Source of the DNA: Nemertoderma westbladi
Taxonomy: Eukaryota; Animalia; Xenacoelomorpha
Direction: 5' to 3'
Length of the DNA stretch: 45,461 nt
Assembly: GCA_032718475.1 (NCBI GenBank)
Contig: JAUCBJ010000394.1
Span: 1-45,461, forward strand
Below, piece after piece: positions 36,128-45,461 of the stretch. Both the position numbers and the translations under genes were made by a program. The notes under the pieces were generated by a model. It was not told the origin of the DNA, did not search any database, and saw only the letters and a program-made list of their open reading frames with translations. Position 1 is the first letter of the stretch, and each line of letters starts with the position of its first letter.

Positions 36128-36661
36128 TGCAAAATATATAAAAAAAACTTCTGAATTTTGCTGATAAATAAATTCGTTTGAAAATGACATGTTTTTTTCC
36201 TTACCGCCGGTACGATACCGGTACCGGTATGCTATATATGACAATGTGTAAAACATTCTAGAACACTAGTACAGTAGTAATAATAAATATGAAAGAAGTT
36301 TGATTTTATTCGGTTTGTCAGTCTAAATAATAAGTTAAAATTACCAAAATTTTATTTTCTAATTCGTCAATTGTGAATCAATTTCTAAAGGTCAATATGT
36401 GCCAATAAACAAAACTGCCCAATCAGAGATCAAGACCTGTGATGGATGGCATGATTTTGACATTCCAGAATATTAAATTTCCGTTATCAATTATTAGAAA
36501 CAAAGGACATTGAGAATAGTGCCATAAATAATTAAAATGTTTTTTGAAGTGAAATTGCTCTGTGGGTTTTTTCACATGTTCTGTCATATGAGGCCAAACC
36601 AAAACTCAAACAATTTTCCGAGACACCATCTCGCCAACCCCGTTCATGTAAAGTCACCTAA

Positions 36662-36858
36662 GGCCGCGTTCACACTACCGAGTCAAAATCAAAGTCAAAT
36701 TTCAAAATATAAAACACGTGAAATATATTTATTTCTAGAATGCCCTTATGTATTATATTATATATATAATGTATTATTATTATTATTGCTAGCTATATTT
36801 ATGTTCTTTTGACTTTGTATTTTGACTTTGTCTTTGATTAGGTAGTGTGAACGCGGCC
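36662..36858. mobile_element. PIF/Harbinger (Tourist-like) MITE
   Basis: Perfect 18-bp TIR GGCCGCGTTCACACTACC with TAA target duplication on both sides. Confidence 0.9.
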
Positions 36859-37671
36859 TAAGTCAGCGAATTATAATGATCTAGATTAATATTTACATTG
36901 TATAGTGTATCGCTATAATTACGATTGTTCCAGAACTTGTATAACTAATTACTTATAGCGATTATAATATTACGTACCTATAGTAGGGTAGTTCTAGTTA
37001 CTTAGGTTTGACTCCTAATTAACAATGCGGTTCATTGTTAATCGCTTTGCACGCTCGGTTATAACCGAAGTTTTTTGTGGAATTAAATGATAATATTCCG
37101 AAGAATTTTTATTCAGCAAAATCTATATAAACAAGATACAGAAAATCCGAAGTTTTTTTGTGGAAATAATGATTGATATTCCGAAGCACTTTTAATTGAC
37201 TGGGCCATAAGATATTGACTTGAAATTCACAAATTTTGATAGTAAATTTGTTCAAAAGATGTTTTCAAAAAAAATTTTTCTCACATTAGTTTTTTACTTT
37301 TCTCAGAACATGCTTTTATCACTTTTTGTTCGGTTTCTATATGAACTACCACATATGGTTTCATTTTGTAAATTCGATCTACTTTTGGGGGGTTTAAATT
37401 ATTGTTCAGATGCCTAAATTATATTTCCATTGCATCTCAGGTTTTCTGTGAGTCAAAAAATTTTCAGAATCTTCCGGAAACCTAGTTTCCAGGTTTCCGC
37501 ATTTTGTGGAGCACTGCCCCCAGCTTTCTTTTACTTTATAACTAATACACCATCACTCATTATTATTATGTAATTTCCTAAATATACATGGCCCAAAAAA
37601 ATTAGCTAACATATTCTAGAACATGTTAGGCCTACCGGTAGTTAATTAAAAAGGCTAGAGTTCCGAATAGC

Positions 37672-38504
37672 TACTACTACTACTACTAGGTCGAGCGGAC
37701 TCGGACAGTGGAAATGAGATCCTTCCAGGCTTCCCGATTCTCCATAGTTGTCTCGATTTCGTTTCTCCCAAGTTTAGTATCCCTTTCAAGTTGATCTATA
37801 TATGTTATGGCCGGTCGTCCACGACTACGCTTTCCATGAGTTGGTTGCCAGAGAAGTAGATCTGGTATGACCTCGTGTTTACTTCGCCAGCAGTGCCCAC
37901 TGAATCTTAATCTGCGTTCACGGAGGGTGGTTGATACAGGTGGTATTGTGCATAAAGCTCGGCGTTTGTCATGTGTTGTCTCCAGCTGATGTTTAGGGCT
38001 GCCCTTAGTAGTCTTGTGTAGCAACCATCAATTCGTTGTTCAAGTGATTTAGTCAGTGTCCAGGTCTCACCCCCGTATAAAAATACACTTTCCACTGTGG
38101 CTCGAAAGAACTTAGTCTTCAGGTGCCTGGAGAGATCTGATTTCCAGATGGTATCAATTTTTGATAGAGCTACCCAAGCCTTTGCTTTCCTAACTTCTAT
38201 GTCTCTTTTGCTACTCTCTATCCATGATCCAAGGTACTGGAAGTCATCGACCTTCCTTAGTTGATTATTATCAATGGTTGTCAAGTTTCCATCAACATTA
38301 AAGGTCATGAATTCGGTCTTGGTAGCATTTATATGCAATCCAACCTCCTTAGCAGCCCTCTCCACTTTATTTAGTAGAAGCTGTGCATCTGCTAGCGTAT
38401 TAGAGAGCAGGGCGATGTCATCCGCAAAGTCGGTGTCTGTGACTGTAGTTGCCGGATATCTACTACTTCTGCGTTCTTGAAGTGTGAATCCCAGATCTTC
38501 ACCC
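37672..38504 (-). mobile_element. 5'-truncated RTE-like LINE with (TAG)n tail and 13-bp TSD
   Basis: DFADDIAL, FQYLGSWI, RLRFSGHCWR, LLWQPTHGKRSRGRP; TSD agttccgaatagc at 37659-37671 and 38505-38517. Confidence 0.95.
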
Positions 38505-39181
38505 AGTTCCGAATAGCACTACATTTTTAAAACAAGACAACGTCAAAATGGCAACGTTGAAGAGTTCTATAACACTAGAAAAGTATTATATACTATTCTA
38601 GAACATAATAAAATTAAAAAAATATATTCTAGAGCATATACCGGTAGCTAGTTGTTTTTTTATTTAAAATTAGGTAGTAAATTTTTATAATATTTTATTT
38701 TTAAATTAATCTCTGAATACATTTAAATTAATATTGATTATAGAGTTTTTGTATACCGATGTAACTAATTAGTTTATTTATCCATTGGGTATTGGCTTTT
38801 GTTGGCCTTTAATATTTCATGGAATCCGTTTAATATTCCTTTTTTTATCTGTCACCTCCACATGTATTCTGTCAGTTTTTCGGAGAATTTATCTTTAGTA
38901 GTTTAATACACTCCTCACACAATGCTCTGGCGTTGTATATTTTTCATATTTTTCTCCATACCTGTCTTTTAATTGCCTTAATTTGACTTGGGCATTTCGC
39001 ACTTCAAAGATTTTTTGAATTTTTTTAATTACTAGCAATTTTAATTTTGATAAATAACTAGTTCTATGTTCTAGAACATTATTTTTTTTATTTATGTTCT
39101 AGAATAGTGTATAATGTTAATATTTTGTCCTAGATCTCTACAATGTTGCCATGGTAACAATGATTTATGTTATAAAAATGT

Positions 39182-40209
39182 GGCGTGACACCTAGAAAAG
39201 GTGTTAACTTGTCAAGATCACAATTCGAGAAAATTGCAGTTAAAGGTTTAGAAGTTTAACGGAAACGAACCTTGATTGTAGGTGCCGTATTTTTTGCCCC
39301 TCTTAGACTAAAATGTTATCCTCTTTCAGAATCCGTAAATAACATTTCGCAAGCACTTGCAGTTTTCGAATTGTAAGGACATCCTGAAAAATACCGACTT
39401 TTAGGTCACCTTCGTTCAGTGACCTTATAGAAGCTTATTTTTGAATTTTTAGAGTGTTGATATCATTATTAACACTTTGCAATGAAATTCCACGTGAAAT
39501 ATATAATTTTTATGAAAATTTTAGCTCGAAATTTTCACCATGTTCAAAGTCGATATATTAACCATATCTTCGATCCTACTAAGGTTTTCGCATGCGCTGA
39601 TTCCATTGGTAATATTCATAAATTGGTTAGATTGTCCAAATGGGCGCAAAAATGAAAAGACCCCCTTACTAGCACTTTTAAAAAATCGAAGGTTTAAAAA
39701 TGCAATTTTGATTGTTCCAATCAATTTTATTTTGTTCCCATCGTGATCAGCACCCCAGAAAACCCCAGAAAACCCCCATTGGAGTGAAATTTCAATCGTA
39801 TAAACGATCTGGTAACGTTGCAATTTTATGGACTACTTGCACTTTTCGTTCCAAAATTTGGCCAAAAAAAATAAAAAATTTCGTGATCAGACCAAATTTT
39901 TCAAATTTCCAGTGGAATTAGGACCCCAAAAAACCCAACTACACTTCGAATTGACATCAGAAAATAACTTAAACTACACTAAACTTATAGAATAATTAGC
40001 GTGATTTCACTTTCACCTCTGGAAATGGGGTCTCGTAAATGGATTTTTGATAGACACGACTTCTTCAATTTCATTTTTCGAATACTTAAAATAACATTCA
40101 AGGCAAGTATTATACCGCATTCGAAAGGTAAATAAATTTTCTAGTCACTTTTATGAATAACTAAAAATCTTCCAGACGACCAGTTAACCCCTTTTCTAGG
40201 TGCCACGCC
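39182..40209. mobile_element. Non-autonomous DNA transposon, ~28-bp TIRs starting GG, ~8-bp TSD (Merlin-like)
   Basis: ggcgtgacacctagaaaaggtgttaact versus agttaaccccttttctaggtgccacgcc; flanks aaaaatgt / acaaatgt (7/8). Confidence 0.75.
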
Positions 40210-40594
40210 ACAAATGTAGTGCTATACGGAACTGTTACCATTAAAAAAGATAAAAATTGTTCCAGAACAAGCATTTTTGTGTTTTAGTGCATTTTTTTAA
40301 ATAATCAAAAAAAATTATGTACTGTTTTTCTTAATGATAAATGTTCTAGAACATCTTAGGAATTCAGAACTAGACTATAAAAATGTTTTACCGCGGAAGC
40401 ACATTGAACTAATATTGTTTTATAGTGGCTTTACTCTACTCGTTTCGTTATTATTAATATTGTATGTATGAAATGTAGTATACTCATCCCAAATAGTACC
40501 CAAGATGATGCTAATAGCAGAATATATATATTTAAGTAACCATAATTCCATAAAAATATAGTTGTAAAATGTAATCGTTATCTGGTTCAGAAAA

Positions 40595-41095
40595 ATGTTT
40601 AGAAAAATGTTCAAAAGTTGTTGCAAATGTTTTCGGATGGAGAAGGAAGAATTACAAGAAGATGCACAACCGGATTGGGGGGAATGGACAGACTGGTCGG
40701 ACCATCCCTCTGAACATTACCATGATGCCAGGGAAGTACCGTGGGGACGTCTAGATGACGACCCTGAGCATATCTACGATGAGCCCGATAATCTAACTAA
40801 TCAGCATCAGACACCCACCGACGATACCTACCTAGTTCCCGTAGTCGACGGCGTTCAGACCACCAGTAATGCACCCACACGGCCCTTACCCCCAGTCCCA
40901 AACGCGCCACCCATCTCCACCGCAAAGCCGCTAAAACGCATGGCACCCCTGCCCCCCACAGTGACGCCCCCTAGTCCTAGTCCTACTGAAAAGCCCCCAA
41001 TAGCCCCGAAACCGCAGTCTCCAAAGGGAAGGCCAAGGAAGGACAGTAAACCTGAGGAAGGGCTTGTAAAGCAGAGAATCAAACAGTTTAATTAG
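40595..41095 (+). CDS. Orphan single-exon 166-aa protein with Cys-rich N-terminus, Tyr motifs and Pro-rich SH3 ligands
   Basis: GC-rich intact ORF in AT-rich intron DNA; SCCKC, EHIYDEP, DTYLVP, RPLPPVP, KPPIAPKP, KGRPRK. Confidence 0.6.
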   Translation: MFRKMFKSCCKCFRMEKEELQEDAQPDWGEWTDWSDHPSEHYHDAREVPWGRLDDDPEHIYDEPDNLTNQHQTPTDDTYLVPVVDGVQTTSNAPTRPLPPVPNAPPISTAKPLKRMAPLPPTVTPPSPSPTEKPPIAPKPQSPKGRPRKDSKPEEGLVKQRIKQFN

Positions 41096-41595
41096 TCCGA
41101 ACGGTTGACGCAGATGGAACTGAAACGTCTTCAATTTGTGGTTTCATATTATATTATATTTTATAATACAAATATCAAAAGTAACTAACTGAGAAATTAG
41201 GAGTTTATTTTATATTCGTTTTGGTGTGAACTGCGCCGTAAAATAAATCAAATTCGATGCTGCGATACGGCGTACTAAAGTACTAATTATTTCAGTATTG
41301 TGGTACCGTATTCTAGGCTCACTCTCCCGCAGCAAACTAAATACTTGTTTACCGGCGATGCCATTGTTTACTCTGATACAGAGTAAACAAGTCAACACTA
41401 TTTATGTGGCACCGATATCTTCAACGGGATATCGTGGTTCGTGGGACCAGCATCAGCCTTTTCCGTATATTGTCAGTCAAAACACGTAACCTTTATTATA
41501 TCCAATATGGTTTTTTTACATTGGTCTTGGGTTTATAACCATTCTTAGCATCATTAATCAGGTATAAAGTCAATTTATGGCAGTTACTTCGGTTT

Positions 41596-41838
41596 ATAGA
41601 TAGATAGATAGATTTATTTATACATTATGTAAAAACAATAACAAATACACCAAACAATGTACCGGTATAAAGGTATTGTCCAACATAACATATAGGATTA
41701 CCCCTAAAGCTTTGCAGCTTATTTCCAAGGGGGTCCTTCTTTTAGACCTCAGTAAAGTTATGGTTGTAGTATTTTCGTCGTGGAGGTAAAATTTGTACGG
41801 GTGAACTGGGCAAACTGTTTTGGACACGTGCAAAATGA
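41596..41838 (-). mobile_element. 3' end of a CR1/L2-like non-LTR element, copy 2 (longer)
   Basis: Matches 28868-29000; the extension reads QNSLPSS, like the WNSLP end of CR1/L2 ORF2. Confidence 0.65.
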
Positions 41839-42212
41839 TAACCTAAGGAAACAGATTTGTGTAACCTAAGTTGTTGATTTCACTTTAAATGTTTAAATTG
41901 ATTTATCATATGCACTTGTAAATCACTTGCTCTTCCTTTATCTTATGCGTTAATTTTATTTTCAGCCTGAATCAAGCATGTGCATTTGTTTTTATTAGGT
42001 TCGCGTAGCGAGACCTCTTCTAGTATTCATTCCGTTGTTGGTGTTGTTGTTGTTGTTGTTAAGGTACCGAGTGTAATCCCACTTTCAGGTGAAATATTTT
42101 TGGTAGGTTACTATATTTGGCAGGTTCCTGCGTTAGTAGACGCGGAAATTTGAGCGATTTCGCGCTTATATTATTATAACTTTCTTTAGGCACAGCTTAG
42201 GAGAGTCGGCAT

Positions 42213-42282
42213 TGGCGTCCAGGTGGGATCGAACTGGTTACCTCCAGTTTGAGCATCTGGCTCTAACCATTCCAATAGCTGC
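42213..42282 (-). pseudogene. tRNA-like remnant (SINE head or tRNA pseudogene)
   Basis: Minus strand has A-box-like TGGTTAGAGC, B-box GTTCGATCC and ends CGCCA; the cloverleaf is not intact. Confidence 0.45.
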
Positions 42283-42426
42283 TCGCACAAAAAGTGAACC
42301 ATGAAATACCGCCTGATTTGTTGTATGTCTGCGGTATAAATCCCCCCAACAGTCTTTACCAAATCATCTGCAAATAATATGCTCCAACCCTAATTTTGTA
42401 CTTTGTGGTCTTATTTGTTTTTATAG

Positions 42427-42522
42427 GCAGTGCAGTCAAACATACCCAGCAATGGCAATGCTCATCCAAGCATGAATCATGTAATATCCAAGTTACTGAA
42501 GATTAGGGAGTACTTGAGGCAG
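42427..42522 (+). CDS. PCM1: PCM1 coding exon
   Basis: tag|...CAG|gtaagt, 96 nt, phase 0; ...VISKLLKIREYLRQ resembles recalled human PCM1 IVSRLVQIRDYITK. Confidence 0.85.
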
Positions 42523-42754
42523 GTAAGTATATAATTAAAAATGTATTTTGTTAATTAGTGTTTAGATTTGGTTTTTACTATAGGACCTCATACGATTTAA
42601 ATACAATCCCATGTTTTTCGAAAAATTGTCTAGTCTAATATTTGTTTTATAACAATAAATTCATTACTTTATTTGCCTTTTCATCCCCCGATCTAACATA
42701 AATAGTTACAATCCTACGATATTTTAAAATCACGAAAATAGTAAAAGTAAAAAC

Positions 42755-44550
42755 CAGGGATGGCATAACGAAACGAAACGAAATACATTTCAATTTCGTT
42801 TCGTTTTCAAAAATTTTGTTAAGAAACATTCAAATTTTCGTTTCGTTTCGTTTTTTATCAATGTATGAAATTTTCGCTTCGTTTCATACATTTTAAATTC
42901 GTTTCGTTGCTTTTTTTTAATAAAATTGTTGATTTTATCAAATAGAACTTAAATATACCCCCCCCCCCATCCCAACGCCTTGACCTTGATATTGTGGGGC
43001 GAGCCACGAAAGAAAGCGAGCTTAGCATACGGGTGCCACTAACTCAATCGGTGTGTCTGTTGTTCTGTTGTGTCCAATTTTAAACGTTAATAACTCAGCC
43101 AAATCTTAATGAAATTTAACCAAACTTGGTACACATGTAGTCTGGCAAAAGTTTAGAAATTTTTCAAGTTGAATTTTCGCGTGGCCTTCGAGAAGCTAAG
43201 ATAATAGCAGTTAATTAGTTAATTAAGTTGATTAGTAAAAACAACAATTTCAACCTGCCTCTTAAAGGATATTAATTATTTTCTAGTATAAGATTTAAAT
43301 AATTATACTTAACAATTATACAGTTGTATTCCCCACCCCCATTCCATTATAGTTTTTAATTAGTTCAAGTGATTTGCTTTAAGAAATGTGTTTTTATTGA
43401 TCTAAACGTAAGATGCCCCAAACAAAATGATTGGCCGAGTACTTAATCATGATTCTTTCGTTGACAATTTCGTTGAGGTGTTGACATGATAAATTAATAT
43501 CTCAGTATCAATACTATCGGCATAAGGTAAGTTTTATATTTCTTACAAATTGTGTCGCCTCCACTCCTAATATATTTAATATATTACTTTGAGTTTAACA
43601 TGTTACCAATAACATGAGTTTATTGAATTCTTTGTTGGTTAAGTTAAGTTGTATTTTGTGTTATTTTAAAAATAAATATAACATATTTACTTTTAAAACA
43701 CAAATTTTATGTTAATTCCTCTACCATTCATCAATCTTGTGTGCGCCTTTGGGTTGGGGTGTTGCAGATTAAGAGGGGGGTTGAGAAAGGGGGTTGGGGG
43801 GGGGGGGGGGGGTGGTAGGCTTTTCCCTCTCTTTGATTTACTGGTTTTTGGTTAAATTTCTTAGATACCGAGTTTGTGATACAGTAGAATCGCTCAATAT
43901 TAATCTGTATCTCATAGCCGAGCCTCGTGCTGCGCGAAGGCCCCACGAACGTGTAGTGTAATGTTGTAGTGTAATGTTGTAGTGTAATGTTATATAATAT
44001 AAAATAGTACATTATAATTCTATCAATATGTGTTGACTTCCCCCAACTTTTTGCGGCATGTTTCAGCCTTTGAGTTTAAAGGCCATACTGGTACCATATA
44101 CGTAACGTCCTAAACGTGAAATGCACCAGTTGTTCTATTGTATGTAGTACTAATTTACTATCAGTATTGCCTTAGTGCCTTATTACAGTTCTACTGTAGT
44201 CCGCCATAGGCTGTTGCATTGCAATGGTAACGGTAACTGGTGGGCTATAAAGGTTGTTGTATTGAGGAAATAAATGATTCTGTTTACCACAAATATGGAG
44301 AATATTATTATTATTATTATTTATAATTCTTCAATTATTTTTATATGTTATTAAATTTATATCGTAATAATGATTAATTACTTTTTAATTAACGAAACGA
44401 AACACTTTATTATTTCGTGTTTCGTTTCGTTATTTGCATGTATTTTTATTTCGTTTTTCGTTTCGTTGAATTTTTTTTCCTTACGTTATTTTTTGGTTTC
44501 GTTATAGCCAAATATGCTTCGTTTCGTTTAGTTTCGTTATGTCATTCCAC
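42755..44550. mobile_element. hAT-like non-autonomous element with CGAAA/TTTCG subterminal repeats, carrying an internal insertion
   Basis: cagggatggcataacgaaac at left versus gtttcgttatgtcattcc at right; dense aacgaa/ttcgtt arrays at both ends. Confidence 0.7.
42990..43958 (+). mobile_element. Possible Helentron/HINE-like non-autonomous element nested in the previous element
   Basis: 5' gtggggc/cgag.c motifs mirrored in the 3' GC-rich hairpin region (gccgagcctcgtg...gccccac) ending gtgtagt; aaacttggtacacat core typical of such repeats. Confidence 0.4.
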
Positions 44551-45144
44551 GAAAAACAATGGATTATTTGGGGGCTTTACCTTTTTTGAAAGACCTCCAG
44601 TTTTTTAAGATTAAAATAATTTTGTTTGTATGTGCAATAACATTATAAATGTATAATATTAGTTAGTTCCTATGATGATTTTCATGGAAAAAAATTTTAT
44701 TTGAATTTTCCGTCAATTTTATTCAAATTTTTCCGATTTGCTGTATAAATGCTACTCCTTCATTTTTTAATCAGTTGGATTGAAATTTTTCAGTCGGTAG
44801 TTTGAATTTTGAAATTTTATACTACTATACTGATACTATAATAAAAAATAAGTCAAAGCCTTCTAACTATCTCGAGTTAGTCTTGGAGTTGCGTGCACCA
44901 ATTATCTCAAAAACTTAAGTTTTCAATTTTTTCATATGTTTGCCTTTCGTTTTCCAATTTAATTTTAATTAATTTATACGATACTCCAATCCAATGTAAA
45001 TTTTAAATATGTAATCAATTAAGGGATATTTTATGAAAATGACATTAATTAATAATTACTAAGTTAACTCAAGACCCCATAATTTGGACTTGAAATCCCT
45101 TTTATCTTTCTTTTTGAATGTCTTGATGATCGAATACGTTTTAG

Positions 45145-45303
45145 GCTGAACAGTTGGAGCGAATGATGCAACATTCACCTGGCAGCGACAATAAAGCAGC
45201 AACCGATCAATCTGACAAGCTGACATCATTGATTGGCCATCTAAAGGACCAAGAGAAAGGATACTCCGCACTGCTCAAACATTTAGTTGGCGAGATTGAA
45301 CAG
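45145..45303 (+). CDS. PCM1: PCM1 coding exon (gene continues beyond the window)
   Basis: tag|...CAG|gtgag, 159 nt, phase 0; DKLTSLIGHLKDQEKGYSALLKHL resembles recalled human PCM1 ERLTHLIDHLKEQEKSYMKFLKKI. Confidence 0.88.
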
Positions 45304-45337
45304 GTGAGGGAGTATAAGGGGGGGAGGGACATGGGAA

Positions 45338-45461
45338 ATGGTATGTGGGAGGGGGGCTGGGGGTGGAACAGGTGAGATGGTATGGGAGAGGGAGGGGGGC
45401 TGGGGGTGGAACAGGTGAGATGGTATGGGAGAGGGAGGGGGGCTGGGGGTGGAACAGGTGA
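45338..45461. repeat. G-rich 43-bp tandem repeat running off the window end
   Basis: gaacaggtga at 45366, 45409 and 45452. Confidence 0.9.

Noticed and set aside
42213-42282. Functional tRNA gene
   Set aside because: A and B boxes present but acceptor and anticodon stems do not pair convincingly

Overview
AT-rich animal (invertebrate-type) nuclear DNA with spliceosomal introns and many repeats; no prokaryotic features. From left to right it contains: the 3' part of a Ty3/Gypsy LTR retrotransposon (pol ORF open past the left edge, PPT, 3' LTR 4685-5035); a single-exon + strand gene that looks like the meiotic SPO11 partner TOPOVIBL/TOP6BL (7028-9457); and four coding exons of a minus-strand GALNS sulfatase gene (24941 down to 10122, remaining exons not found in the window). 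GALNS intron 1 (12.7 kb) holds an intronless same-strand CD109-type thioester gene (17288-21688) and a ~95-copy 18-bp satellite. A TE-rich interval follows, with RTE-like LINE fragments, a decayed MULE-type transposase preceded by a vertnin-like OTU domain, and several MITEs. The window ends with three coding exons of a + strand PCM1 gene, whose first intron holds nested TEs and an unexplained 166-aa ORF packed with signalling-adaptor motifs. The main points of interest are the two intronless genes nested in GALNS introns, the orphan adaptor-like ORF, the OTU-MULE element and a satellite apparently seeded from a transposon end. All homology calls come from recalled motifs, not from database searches.
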